Below, one piece after another: positions 18,225 through 28,139 of a stretch of 64,000 nt of DNA; the stretch's first letter is position 1; each line of letters opens with the position of its first letter. The position numbers and the translations under genes were made by a program. Under the pieces are notes generated by a model. It did no database searches, was not told the DNA's origin, and saw nothing but the letters and a program-made list of their open reading frames with translations. Origin of the DNA: Candidatus Saccharimonadota bacterium (GTDB taxonomy: Bacteria > Patescibacteriota > Saccharimonadia > Saccharimonadales > VXPC01); assembly GCA_026707815.1 (NCBI GenBank), contig JAPOWB010000003.1, positions 67,380-131,379 of the forward strand, written 5' to 3'.

Positions 18225-18780
18225 TTAAAACTTGCTTTTGATAGATTGTAATACAAGCTTGGGCATACTGTCTAGCTTGAAGTAGAAGCCAATCAGGAGC
18301 TAAAAAGGGTGATTGAAGATAAGGCGGATGACTTAATACTAAACGACCGTCAGTTTTTAAAAAAGAAGCTAATTTTAATAAATTGGCTTCTCTAATATTG
18401 TTATAGGGAGGATCAAGAAAAATCAAATCATACTTATACTCTAAATTAGTCGCACAAGTCACATTGTTAGCTTTATAGACTTCAACTTTATCATTGAGTT
18501 TTAGCTTAGCTATATTTTTGATCAGTTGAGCGTAAACTTTGGGCTGAGATTCCATAATCACCGCCCGTTGAGCTCCCCGAGATAAAGCTTCAAAAGCTAA
18601 AGCTCCACTACCACCATAAGCATCCAAAACTAGTTGGCAGTCAGCTAAATCCCCCAACATATTAAACAAAGCTAAGCGCGTCCTATCACTCATTGGGCGA
18701 GCCAATCCCCAATTAGGGGCGTCAAATAACAAGCTCCTTAGCTGACCAGAAATAATCCTTAGCATTTTTAAAAGATACAA
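18217..18780 (-). CDS. rsmD: 16S rRNA (guanine966-N2)-methyltransferase
   Basis: RIISGQLRS, DAYGGSGALAFEALSRG and FLDPPY motifs. The real start may be the Met at 18765. Confidence 0.85.
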   Translation of the reverse strand: MYLLKMLRIISGQLRSLLFDAPNWGLARPMSDRTRLALFNMLGDLADCQLVLDAYGGSGALAFEALSRGAQRAVIMESQPKVYAQLIKNIAKLKLNDKVEVYKANNVTCATNLEYKYDLIFLDPPYNNIREANLLKLASFLKTDGRLVLSHPPYLQSPFLAPDWLLLQARQYAQACITIYQKQVLNG

Positions 18781-19038
18781 GATTTTAAATCATTTTAAAA
18801 CTCTCCAGATTTAAATTTGATTGCTTTTCAAGCCTTTTCAAATTTTTTAAAAAAGGGTTCAATGCCAAGCTGAAGTAACCAGATTAACCATCAGATAAAC
18901 TGAGATAAACCGCCCAACTTTCGCCACTGAGCTGGGGTTTTAATTAATCTTATGGGTGTGGGCGAATGAAATTTCTGATACATCACCCATAGAGTTGCCT
19001 CAGATATCTCTGAGTAGTGATTTCAACTACAGCCAATT

Positions 19039-19575
19039 TTACCACCAAGGATTTTTTAAAGCTCTCTGATGGCAGTCTTTAATGATTTGCCAAGCCTGCT
19101 TGGCATCGGCAAAATCTCCAACCTTGGTTGTACCCTTTTCTTTCAAATCTTTATAATGCTCAAAATGATGGGCAATTTGTTGTTGCCATTTACTGCCTAA
19201 ATCATAAACGCTCTGATAATGATCCTGATGGCGATCATCGGCTGGAACGCAAATGATTTTATGATCATTGTCGCCACTATCCTCAAAATGTAAAACGCCT
19301 AAAACTTTAGCTCGGGGGACAACGACCCCAAAAGGCAGAGGCTCGTCAGTCACAATCAAGACATCCAATTCATCGCCATCTTCATCAAGAGTCTGAGGAA
19401 TAAAACCATAGTTAACTGGTTTATTAAAAATGCCCGGCTCAACTCTGTCTAGGACAAAATAGCCATCAAGTCGACTCCATTCAATTTTGTGCGAACTATT
19501 TTTAGGAATCTCAACTACGACCTTAATGGTCTGATCATCATTGATTCCAGAGATGTTATTGAAAGGATAACTCAT
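19039..19575 (-). CDS. ppa: Inorganic pyrophosphatase (family I)
   Basis: VVVEIPKNSSHKIEW, DGDELDVLIV and DHKIICVP motifs. Confidence 0.9.
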   Translation of the reverse strand: MSYPFNNISGINDDQTIKVVVEIPKNSSHKIEWSRLDGYFVLDRVEPGIFNKPVNYGFIPQTLDEDGDELDVLIVTDEPLPFGVVVPRAKVLGVLHFEDSGDNDHKIICVPADDRHQDHYQSVYDLGSKWQQQIAHHFEHYKDLKEKGTTKVGDFADAKQAWQIIKDCHQRALKNPWW

Positions 19576-19578
19576 TAT

Positions 19579-20205
19579 TTATTGATCTAAATCCTTAATC
19601 AAAGTTGCCAAGCTGAGCCGATCTGAATCACTATAACCAACGTATTTGGCGAATTGTTGACCTGAAGCATCAAGAGCTAAAACTGTGGTTTGAATAGTAA
19701 CTTTATATTGTTGCCTTAACTCTTGATTGGAATCCCAATCGACCTCCAAAATGACAACTCCTTCTGGAATTTGATCTAAATTAGCTTGGATATCATCTTT
19801 TAATTGTTTACAACTTGGACACCAAGAAGCATGAAAATATAGCCAGCGAACATAGTGATGATAGGCATCAAGTTGTTGAGCTGGATTATCTAAAACTATA
19901 TAAGCCTGCTGAGTTTCTTCATGGGCATGATCATCAACAACATCTGGGATAACAGAGTTATTGTCGGAAGAAATTTCATCTATAGGAATATCTTCATCAT
20001 TATCTTGATCCAAGTTATTTGCTGGGGGGCTGGAATCAGTAGCGGAGTCAGATTCTGGAATTTCTGGCTGAGAAGTTGATGAATCAACCGCTTCTGAAGT
20101 AGTGGTCGGATCCTCTGAATTGTTATTAGAGAATAAGACAATAGCCAAAATTACTAGGATTAAAAGACTTAATCCACTAATGATAATGATTTTTTTAGAC
20201 TTCAT
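19579..20205 (-). CDS. Membrane-anchored thioredoxin-fold protein
   Basis: N-terminal TM helix, an acidic low-complexity linker, and a WCPSC redox motif. Confidence 0.7.
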   Translation of the reverse strand: MKSKKIIIISGLSLLILVILAIVLFSNNNSEDPTTTSEAVDSSTSQPEIPESDSATDSSPPANNLDQDNDEDIPIDEISSDNNSVIPDVVDDHAHEETQQAYIVLDNPAQQLDAYHHYVRWLYFHASWCPSCKQLKDDIQANLDQIPEGVVILEVDWDSNQELRQQYKVTIQTTVLALDASGQQFAKYVGYSDSDRLSLATLIKDLDQ

Positions 20206-20285
20206 TTAACTTTTTATAATTAATTTTCTAAAGCTTGATTATAACAAATAAATACTCAGAAAGTTAGTCTTTCTCTTTATATATC

Positions 20286-20684
20286 TTAATGACTAAGATG
20301 ATCCTCAATAGCCAGACAACCTATTTCTTGTTGGATATCAATTGCCCAATCTAAAATTTCCGCCTCGGGGATTGACTGATGCAAATAAGGATATTCCGCT
20401 TCAATTAAAAAATCAGCTAGTTCCTGAGTTTCATCACAGATTCGAATCAGTAAAGTGCTATCTTCCGCCATTAAGCCAATGGCAATATGATCGCAAATAT
20501 CATAGCCTCTGTCTAGATCATAAGTTTTAATTAAGGTATTGTTGTAATGCAATAATCTATGATAGGGCTGATTATCGAGCTTCATCAATAAAGCTGGATG
20601 AATAACCTCTACAGAATCGTAATTAGTTTCTAGCAGAATGCAAGAAAACTGGGCTCGTCCAAAATCTATCGGTGATTTTTCCAT
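20286..20684 (-). CDS. Hypothetical protein
   Basis: 132-aa ORF with no recognisable motif. Confidence 0.5.
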   Translation of the reverse strand: MEKSPIDFGRAQFSCILLETNYDSVEVIHPALLMKLDNQPYHRLLHYNNTLIKTYDLDRGYDICDHIAIGLMAEDSTLLIRICDETQELADFLIEAEYPYLHQSIPEAEILDWAIDIQQEIGCLAIEDHLSH

Positions 20685-20789
20685 ATCTTTTAATTATGCA
20701 ATAATATATTCTTCTTTTCAAATTTAAAAAATACTTCCAAGTTCAGCCTGATTGAATATCTTTATGCTACAATTTAAAGTTAAGAATAG

Positions 20790-21293
20790 ATGTTAAAAAT
20801 AGATAAAGAAACTCGCAAAAATAAATTAAGAAAAAATTGGCCTTTATTGGCTATCTTGGTGATTATTTTGATTAGCTTAATTATAGTTTTGATTGTTGAA
20901 ATTCAGAGAAATAACCGAGAATCACTCCTAACACCCAATCAACCCAACTACAACGTTTTAGAAGAAATTATCCAAGCTGAAAAAGAAGGTGTGATTGAAA
21001 AGGAATATTATCCAACTTTTTCTAATAGTCAAATTGCCGAACATGATACTCTTGAAACTTGTTGGATAGTTCTCAGAGATACTGATGGTGATGACAGTGA
21101 GGTCTACGATATCTCAAATTGGCAAATAGAAACCAAAGCTGACATTCAAACCGTCTGTGGTCTAAAAGCCTCGGCTCATGATTTTTTCGAAAAACATGAT
21201 TTAGAAAAACCAGCCTTTAAATATTTTATAGGCTTTAGATATATTCCCCATAAAGTCAAACTCACTCTGCCTTCTCAAGATAATAGCGAATAG
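20790..21293 (+). CDS. Membrane-anchored hypothetical protein, weak cytochrome-b5-like N-terminal core
   Basis: TM helix, then SQIAEHDTLETCWIVL...EVYDISNW, which resembles the b5 fold start but lacks HPGG. The 3' end overlaps trxB by 32 nt, convergently. Confidence 0.5.
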   Translation: MLKIDKETRKNKLRKNWPLLAILVIILISLIIVLIVEIQRNNRESLLTPNQPNYNVLEEIIQAEKEGVIEKEYYPTFSNSQIAEHDTLETCWIVLRDTDGDDSEVYDISNWQIETKADIQTVCGLKASAHDFFEKHDLEKPAFKYFIGFRYIPHKVKLTLPSQDNSE

Positions 21294-22200
21294 CTAAAGC
21301 TGTCGAAGCTCCTTCGCCAACTGCTGAGGCAATTTGCATAGTTGCCCCAGATCGAACATCACCGGCGCAAAACAAACCGTCAATATTAGTCTGAAAATTA
21401 TTATTAGTCAGAATAAATCCCGCTTCATCTAAATTAACTTTTAGATTCTGGAGAAAATCTGTAACTGGTTTTAGACCGATAAAAACGAAAACTCCGTCAG
21501 TTTCAATCTGCTCAATAATCCCCCTCTTGTCAACTTCAACTTTTTGCAATTTTTGCTGTCCTAAAAATTTCAAAGGTTTAGTCAGAAAATGAACTTGGAT
21601 TTTGGGATGATTAATGACTTTCTTAACCAAAACTGGGCTAGCTTTAAAATCGGATTTGCGTATTAGGATGTCTATATGCGAGGCAAACTTAGTTAAAAAT
21701 AAAGATTCTTGAGCAGCGCTATTACCGCCACCAACTACAACCAGTTTTTTACCTCTGTAAAAAGCTCCATCACAAGTAGCACAATTGTGGATACCTCGAC
21801 CATAGTATTCATCTTCCCCTTCAATTTGAAGCTGTTTCCATTGAGAACCAGTAGCTATGAGTACTGATCGACTTCTATAGATCTGATCGTCAGCCGTTAA
21901 AACTTCAAAAAGATGATTAACTTTCTTTAAATCAACGACTTGATTATATTCAATGACAGCCCCAAATCGCTCGGCTTGTTTTTGGAGCTGTTCAGCCAGC
22001 TCTAGACCTGAAACTCCCACAGCAAAACCTGGATAATTATCAACTTTCTCTGTAATAGCCGCCAATCCCCCGACAACATTTTTTTCTAAAACTAAAGTTT
22101 TAATATCTTCCCGAGCCGTATAAACAGCTGAAGCTAAAGCAGTCGGACCAGCTCCAATCATTAAGCAATCCCAAATTTGATTCAAATCAATTTGATTCAT
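21262..22200 (-). CDS. trxB: Thioredoxin-disulfide reductase
   Basis: GAGPTALASAVYTARE FAD motif, redox CATCDG, and the VVGGGNSA NADPH motif. Confidence 0.9.
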   Translation of the reverse strand: MNQIDLNQIWDCLMIGAGPTALASAVYTAREDIKTLVLEKNVVGGLAAITEKVDNYPGFAVGVSGLELAEQLQKQAERFGAVIEYNQVVDLKKVNHLFEVLTADDQIYRSRSVLIATGSQWKQLQIEGEDEYYGRGIHNCATCDGAFYRGKKLVVVGGGNSAAQESLFLTKFASHIDILIRKSDFKASPVLVKKVINHPKIQVHFLTKPLKFLGQQKLQKVEVDKRGIIEQIETDGVFVFIGLKPVTDFLQNLKVNLDEAGFILTNNNFQTNIDGLFCAGDVRSGATMQIASAVGEGASTALAIRYYLEKAE

Positions 22201-22212
22201 AAAAAAGAAAAA

Positions 22213-22473
22213 CTATAGATTCAAAATCTTCTTAATCCGAGCATATTCAGTGCCTTGAATAATCTCTTCTTGACCAGTAGACAATTTAATAATAGTGATT
22301 GGCACTAAGAAGCTACCAGATTTTTCAATGACTTCAGCTTGACGTTCAGGCTGCTTCTCTAAATTAACAGCCTCATATTCTAAGCCTTGCCTATCTAACC
22401 AAGTCTTCAAAGTCTGACAGGCTGGACAATGTGTCGTGCTAAAAACAGTGATTTGAGCTGTCTGTTTAATCAT
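22213..22473 (-). CDS. Glutaredoxin/NrdH-like small redoxin
   Basis: 86 aa with a CPAC motif near the N-terminus. Confidence 0.7.
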   Translation of the reverse strand: MIKQTAQITVFSTTHCPACQTLKTWLDRQGLEYEAVNLEKQPERQAEVIEKSGSFLVPITIIKLSTGQEEIIQGTEYARIKKILNL

Positions 22474-22476
22474 AAT

Positions 22477-23394
22477 TTAATTGTCTAGATTAATGGCTAA
22501 AATTTCAACATCAAAAATTAAATCTGAATTAGCTGGAATATTACCTTGACTTTGAGAGCCATAAGCTAACTCAGATGGAATGAATAATCGTCTTTTACCG
22601 CCAACTCTCATACCCGGAATACCATTCAACCAGCCTTCAATTAAAGCCCCTTCACGTAAACTCAATTCAATATTGACATTGGCATCAAATTGATTGCCAT
22701 TTTTAGCTAACACTCCAATGTAACTAAGTTGAACATCACTATTAAATTGGACTTCTTCACCGCCACCTAAAACTAAATCTTCAATTTTGAGTTCTTCAAA
22801 AGGCTCTGAAAAAGCTAGCTCTGATATTGGAGTTGGCTCAGAATTCAGCTCTGGTCTTTGAGAAATACCCTCAACTTCTAAATCCAAAATAATGCCTTGA
22901 TCATCAGGTAGCGCTCCAGCTGCCCCAGTGTAATAATTCGCATGATGATCTGAGGGAATCAAAATTCTTTTCTTCTGACCAATTTTCATATTCAGTAATT
23001 GATCCTGCCAACCAGTAATAAATCGCTGGACTCCAGCCGTAAAAATGCCTCTCTCTAAATCTTGGGAAGTAAGAAAAATGTTGCCCGTTTGAGCTAAAGC
23101 CATGTTAACGCTAATGCTAATAATATCTGTCGGTTCAACGGTTAATTCTCCGTCACCGGGCTCTAAATTCTCAACTTCTATAGATTCAAAATCACCATCA
23201 ACTGGCTCGAAATTATTTAACTGACCAAGACCAAGATTATTCAATTGATCCAGCCTTGATTGATTTAATTCAGCCGAAGTTTTGGGAGCATCCTGTTGGG
23301 AACTAGTATCTTCTCTGACAGTCACAATAGTCCAACCAACAGTAGCAATTAAAAATAAAACTGCTACAACAACTAAAAAAATTCGGGTTGCCAT
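22477..23394 (-). CDS. Membrane-anchored tandem FKBP-type peptidyl-prolyl isomerase
   Basis: Two FKBP cores (MKIGQKKRILIPSD... and GMRVGGKRRLFIPSELAYG...LIFDVEIL) follow an N-terminal TM helix. Confidence 0.8.
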   Translation of the reverse strand: MATRIFLVVVAVLFLIATVGWTIVTVREDTSSQQDAPKTSAELNQSRLDQLNNLGLGQLNNFEPVDGDFESIEVENLEPGDGELTVEPTDIISISVNMALAQTGNIFLTSQDLERGIFTAGVQRFITGWQDQLLNMKIGQKKRILIPSDHHANYYTGAAGALPDDQGIILDLEVEGISQRPELNSEPTPISELAFSEPFEELKIEDLVLGGGEEVQFNSDVQLSYIGVLAKNGNQFDANVNIELSLREGALIEGWLNGIPGMRVGGKRRLFIPSELAYGSQSQGNIPANSDLIFDVEILAINLDN

Positions 23395-24113
23395 TATTCT
23401 TCTTTAGTAGTTTGGTCAGCCTCTTGAGTATTTTGAGAGTTTTGACTATCTGATGAAACTGAGTCAGTTTCTGTCTGATTATCAGTTTGGTCAGCCTCTG
23501 TCTCAGCTTCAGCAGCCACTTGAGATCGAGGGATTTCTAATCTAACAATTGGAGTTTGATGATCAAGCTGAACTTCAATATCTTCCGGTAATTTAATATC
23601 CGCCACTCTGACAACATCGCTATAATCTGCTAAAGAGCTAATATCAACTTCAAATTGTTCTGGAATAGATAGAGCTGGGGCTTCAACTTCAATCTGATGA
23701 ATCATCTGTAAAATAATTAAACCCTTCAAAGCCCCCGGAGCTTCACCAACTAAAACAACTGGTACTTCAGCATTAACTCTTTGACCTTTAGTCACTTCAA
23801 TAAACACCACATGCTGGGGTATGCTCTGAGTTGGAGCAGTATCAATTTCGCTAACTAAAACTGTCTTCTTTTTATTCTCAATGCTTAATTCTAAAACTTG
23901 AGTATAACCAACCTCAGCTAAAACCTTCTTAAGTTGAGGTAAATCAACCTCAATCGCCTGAGAATCTTGACCTTTAGCAATAATATTGGCTGGGATAATT
24001 CCCAAACGCCGTCGGGCTGACAATTTCTTACCAAATATATTTCTAGGTTTAGCTTCTAATGTAATAAAAGTCTGGTTCATGAAAATTGTTCTTTTGAAGA
24101 CTCCTGCCCACAA
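23394..24113 (-). CDS. rplY: 50S ribosomal protein L25/Ctc
   Basis: LEAKPRNIFGKKLSARRRLGIIPANI N-terminus and an acidic C-terminal tail. The likely true start is the Met at 24080. Confidence 0.85.
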   Translation of the reverse strand: MWAGVFKRTIFMNQTFITLEAKPRNIFGKKLSARRRLGIIPANIIAKGQDSQAIEVDLPQLKKVLAEVGYTQVLELSIENKKKTVLVSEIDTAPTQSIPQHVVFIEVTKGQRVNAEVPVVLVGEAPGALKGLIILQMIHQIEVEAPALSIPEQFEVDISSLADYSDVVRVADIKLPEDIEVQLDHQTPIVRLEIPRSQVAAEAETEADQTDNQTETDSVSSDSQNSQNTQEADQTTKEE

Positions 24114-24288
24114 GACTTGCTAAGCCTCTTTTTAAAAGACAAAGTCAATAAAACATTATAGCAAAGACTGAGAGTACTCTTTAAGTTATTCTAAAATTTT
24201 AATTCCTAAATAAGATTAAAAAAATAAAAACATATTATATAATTAAATTAAAATTTATAAAGTTTTAGAAAAATAATAACCGAATTTT

Positions 24289-24627
24289 ATGAGAAAAAAG
24301 CTATTCCGATCTCAGTTCAAGCAAATGATTCAGGCTGGAGAAAAACGTTTCCGGGAAATTGTAGAGGATCCTCGACGCTTGGTGGACGAATATCAAAAAC
24401 AGCAAGAAGATGCTATTCCCAGTGTTTTGAAATTTGAGTCTTTATTTTATTACAGAGGTAAAAATATCGCCAAAAAGATTGGTCGGCTGATTTTACGAAC
24501 AGAATATCATGTGTTTTTTCTATCAAGTGAGAAAAATAACCTCAAGCCAATTATCGAAGATAATCAACAGCTCCGAGATGCTAGGGATTCTTGGACAGAT
24601 GAAAAGAAGAAATCTCCTGACCAATAA
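24289..24627 (+). CDS. Hypothetical protein
   Basis: 112-aa ORF with no recognisable motif. Confidence 0.5.
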   Translation: MRKKLFRSQFKQMIQAGEKRFREIVEDPRRLVDEYQKQQEDAIPSVLKFESLFYYRGKNIAKKIGRLILRTEYHVFFLSSEKNNLKPIIEDNQQLRDARDSWTDEKKKSPDQ

Positions 24628-24648
24628 TCTAAACTTATTGATATATAA

Positions 24649-24679
24649 TTGACATCCCCCCCCCCTTTATTTATATGAT
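24649..24679 (+). promoter_or_regulatory. Candidate sigma70-type promoter with a poly-C spacer
   Basis: TTGACA lies at 24649-24654. The spacer is t + C10 + tttatt, giving TATATG at 17 nt or TATGAT at 19 nt. This is 23-30 nt upstream of the 24702 ATG. Confidence 0.45.
24656..24665 (+). repeat. C10 homopolymer tract
   Basis: Ten consecutive C in an AT-rich intergenic region. Confidence 0.95.
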
Positions 24680-24701
24680 GTATTGAGAAAGCAATTTTGA
24701 G

Positions 24702-25520
24702 ATGAAAGGATTAAACCAATCAGGAGAACTGTCGACTGGAATTTGGATAGCCATTATTATATCTGTAGTTCTTTTTATTGGCGTAGTAGTCAGCTTAGGT
24801 CTTTTCATTACAAATAACGAAGATAATCAAGAAGTTAGTGATACTGATATTACTGTTAATGTCAATACATCTGATGATGCGGAGGAGAATAAAGCAACTC
24901 CCTCAGATTCATCCACTGATACAGACATAATTGAATCTGAAAATCAAGTTGATACTACTTCATCAACTAATCAAGATGAAAGTAGTATTAGTAGCCCAGT
25001 TTTGGAAAGTGGTAATTATACTGCCGAGAAAGGCTGGGATTTAAAGCCTATTTGTGACAATGAATCTTTCCCTTCCAAGGCTGTTAGACAGAGCAAGACT
25101 GGCAAGGTTGTCGAAAACTTTGCTAGGTATGTTGATCAGTATAGTCCGGAATATAAATACGCAAGAGGTATTAATACAAGTTATGAGTTTAGAAAAGATT
25201 TTGGTATTACCTCCTTTACTGATGAGCCTGAAGCTCGAGATCATCTTGTAGCTGATCTAGTGGTTTGCATAGATGAAACAAATGAACAAGTTTTCAAAAA
25301 CACTTGTTCGGCAGACGATGGTGATTTTACATTTATTGGACGAAAATTTAATGTAACTATTTACAACATCCACCAAAAACGAAAGATTGCTCAAACAGTA
25401 ATAGAGGCTAGTCGCGAATGTCCAAGATTCTTTGCGGTAGTAAATCAGGATAATCAAGCTAGTTCTCAGAATGTTGATCTAAACACCCTCATTAATTTTT
25501 TGAAATCCAAGCTTGGTTAA
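24702..25520 (+). CDS. Membrane-anchored secreted protein with Ser/Thr/Asp-rich linker and Cys-containing C-terminal domain
   Basis: 272-aa ORF with an N-terminal TM helix (IWIAIIISVVLFIGVVVSLGLFI), a low-complexity STD-rich stretch, then a globular region with 4 Cys. Confidence 0.65.
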   Translation: MKGLNQSGELSTGIWIAIIISVVLFIGVVVSLGLFITNNEDNQEVSDTDITVNVNTSDDAEENKATPSDSSTDTDIIESENQVDTTSSTNQDESSISSPVLESGNYTAEKGWDLKPICDNESFPSKAVRQSKTGKVVENFARYVDQYSPEYKYARGINTSYEFRKDFGITSFTDEPEARDHLVADLVVCIDETNEQVFKNTCSADDGDFTFIGRKFNVTIYNIHQKRKIAQTVIEASRECPRFFAVVNQDNQASSQNVDLNTLINFLKSKLG

Positions 25521-25649
25521 CCAGAATAGGAATTCTCTACCCAAGGCTAATCTTTTTCAAAAAGATTCAAGTACGCCAAATCTTGGCTTTCAAAACATAA
25601 AAGTTATATGATCTGAATGATTCCAAAAAAAATCTAAAATTTAATACAT

Positions 25650-28139
25650 CTAAATAACTTGTCGAGCTTTAAGAGTTTTCTGACAAGCTAAGACAATGTC
25701 TTTAATAATACTAGAAACCTCTCCTTTAAAAGGAGTTTTTGATAAGTGATTAACTTCAATTCGGAAACTGATATTTTTGACATTTGTTGTTGTCTCAGAT
25801 TGAAATATATCTAAAAACCTTAAATTAATTTTCCAGCCTTTCTGGCAATATTGATTAAGAACTTGATTAATGACTTGGCTTAGCTGTCGATAAGTAATAG
25901 CAGTTTCAACTTGTAAAGTTAAATCTTGAGTACTTTTTGGAAAGCGACTAATAGGCGTATAAACTTTTTGGCTTTTTTGATAACCTTCCAATAAAACCCT
26001 TAGATCCAGCTCAAAGCCAACTGCTGATTGATTATTGATAAAACCCATTAGACCAAGATAATTATTATTAACCCTCAACGAAGCTAAATGCTTAGGCTGA
26101 TAATTCTGATATAAATACTCATCAGCTGAATCAAAAACATCATAATCAATCTCGATATTCAAATCATTAGCTATAAGATCCAAATAATGACGAGCAGTAT
26201 AGAAGTTATCAGTCAATTTTTGGGTTTTATTAATATAGATCAAGCCTAAACGAGGTAGATCAAGGGGCAGACCTTCTTGATCAACTAAATCAGATTTATT
26301 CTGATGCACGCAACCAATTTCAAAAAGAGCAAAATTATCGTGATTTGACTGCAGATTAATTTCAGCTGCTTGAACTAAAGAAGAAATTAGACTCTGCCGA
26401 TAAACTTCTAATTGAGGATTAAGGGGATTAGTTAATTCAAAAGCCTGTCGTAAATCTTCTTGATTACAAAGGGCTAAATTTTTAGAGATAAAACTGTAAT
26501 TTATAACCTCATTAGCTCCTCGACTGGCTAGAATCTGACGTAATTTTGATTTTAAGCTTAATAACGGATCTATTTGGGCTGGGCTGAGTGATCGCCTTGG
26601 TAGAACTGGCTTCAAGGTTTGATAGCCTCCATTCAAGCGACCAATCTCTTCGACAATATCTTCAGCTATAGCAATGTCAGTTCGCCAAAAGGGGGCTTTT
26701 ATTTCTAAGGCTTCTGATGGACGAGTTTCAACTTCAAATTCAACATCTTGCAAAAGTTGGCTGATTTGCTGAGATGTTAAATTAGAACCTAGACGATCAT
26801 TAATAAATTGAGTCTTCAGATTAATGGTCGGATTATTTGGATGAGAAGACTTTACCTCATAAATGCTATCTAGCAATTTAGTCTGCTTATTACCTCCAGC
26901 TATGAAAGAACTTAAACGATTGGATACCGGCATAATTTGTTTTAAGCTTTGACCTTTAGTAAAACGAGTTAAGGCTTCTGAGAAAATACCATAACGCATA
27001 CTGGTTCGATGGAGATGATACTGATTGAAATTGGCGACCTCTAAAACAATCTTGGTTGTTGACTGATTAACTTCGGATTCTACTCCCCCCATAATCCCAG
27101 CCAAAGCCACTGGCTGTTTATCTGTGGCTATGACTAAAGCTGGTTGATTGAATCGGAGAATTTTATCATTTAAAAGTTTGAGAGTTTCACCTTTTTTAGT
27201 TTCTCGAATAATTAAATTCAGAGATTGATCTTGAGACTGACTGAGTTGCAATAATTTATCGTAATCAAAAGCATGACTAGGTTGTCCAGTCAAATACATA
27301 AAATAATTTGTCCAATCAACAATGTTATTGATTGGCTTAATGCCAACACTAGCGAGTTGGAATTGGAGCTTTAAATCAGACGACTGAACAGTCAAATTCT
27401 GAATCAGACGAACTCTGAATTGAGAACATAAATTAGTATCTTCAATAGTTAATCTCAACTTGTTATCAGCTGACTGAGAAAGATTCGATTCTTTCCCAAT
27501 ATAATACCAGTCTGGTTTTTCGAAGGGGCTCTTAGTAATGGCAGAGATTTCTCGAGCCAGACCCAATAAACCAAAACAATCTGGGCGATGAGTAAACATC
27601 TTATTTTCAATATCTAACACATGAGTGTTCAGACCATAAACATCTCCAAATGACTGACCAACATATTGCTTTTTGGCAGTTGGGATTTCTAAAATACCAG
27701 TTTTGTCAGATCCCAAATCCAATTCAGATAAAGAAGCTAACATGCCTTCACTTATAATCTGTCTGATTTTTTTAGAGTTTAATACCACTGTTTGATTGGT
27801 TGACAAGCTTGATGGAACAGCTGATCCGGGAGGCAACCAAACGGCTAGCATACCTGCCGTAAGGTTAGAAGCTCCACAAACAACTTGAACTAGCTGGTTG
27901 GCTTGGCGTTTAATATGAGGATGGCTTTTGCCGGCGTCTATTAAGCAGATAGATAAATTATCAGCATGAGGGTGTTTTTTGATTGAAACAACTTCAACAA
28001 TAATGGGAGCTTTATATTTCAAGCTCAAATCCTCGATTGATTCAATTTCCCCCAATTGAATATTGATAGACTCAACTAATTCTTCAAAAGAGACCCGTAG
28101 ATCAACATATTCAGCCAACCAATTAAGATTAATTTTCAT
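25650..28139 (-). CDS. pheT: Phenylalanine--tRNA ligase beta subunit
   Basis: 829 aa with N-terminal MKINLNWL and a tRNA-binding domain. It overlaps pheS by 4 nt. Confidence 0.95.
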   Translation of the reverse strand: MKINLNWLAEYVDLRVSFEELVESINIQLGEIESIEDLSLKYKAPIIVEVVSIKKHPHADNLSICLIDAGKSHPHIKRQANQLVQVVCGASNLTAGMLAVWLPPGSAVPSSLSTNQTVVLNSKKIRQIISEGMLASLSELDLGSDKTGILEIPTAKKQYVGQSFGDVYGLNTHVLDIENKMFTHRPDCFGLLGLAREISAITKSPFEKPDWYYIGKESNLSQSADNKLRLTIEDTNLCSQFRVRLIQNLTVQSSDLKLQFQLASVGIKPINNIVDWTNYFMYLTGQPSHAFDYDKLLQLSQSQDQSLNLIIRETKKGETLKLLNDKILRFNQPALVIATDKQPVALAGIMGGVESEVNQSTTKIVLEVANFNQYHLHRTSMRYGIFSEALTRFTKGQSLKQIMPVSNRLSSFIAGGNKQTKLLDSIYEVKSSHPNNPTINLKTQFINDRLGSNLTSQQISQLLQDVEFEVETRPSEALEIKAPFWRTDIAIAEDIVEEIGRLNGGYQTLKPVLPRRSLSPAQIDPLLSLKSKLRQILASRGANEVINYSFISKNLALCNQEDLRQAFELTNPLNPQLEVYRQSLISSLVQAAEINLQSNHDNFALFEIGCVHQNKSDLVDQEGLPLDLPRLGLIYINKTQKLTDNFYTARHYLDLIANDLNIEIDYDVFDSADEYLYQNYQPKHLASLRVNNNYLGLMGFINNQSAVGFELDLRVLLEGYQKSQKVYTPISRFPKSTQDLTLQVETAITYRQLSQVINQVLNQYCQKGWKINLRFLDIFQSETTTNVKNISFRIEVNHLSKTPFKGEVSSIIKDIVLACQKTLKARQVI

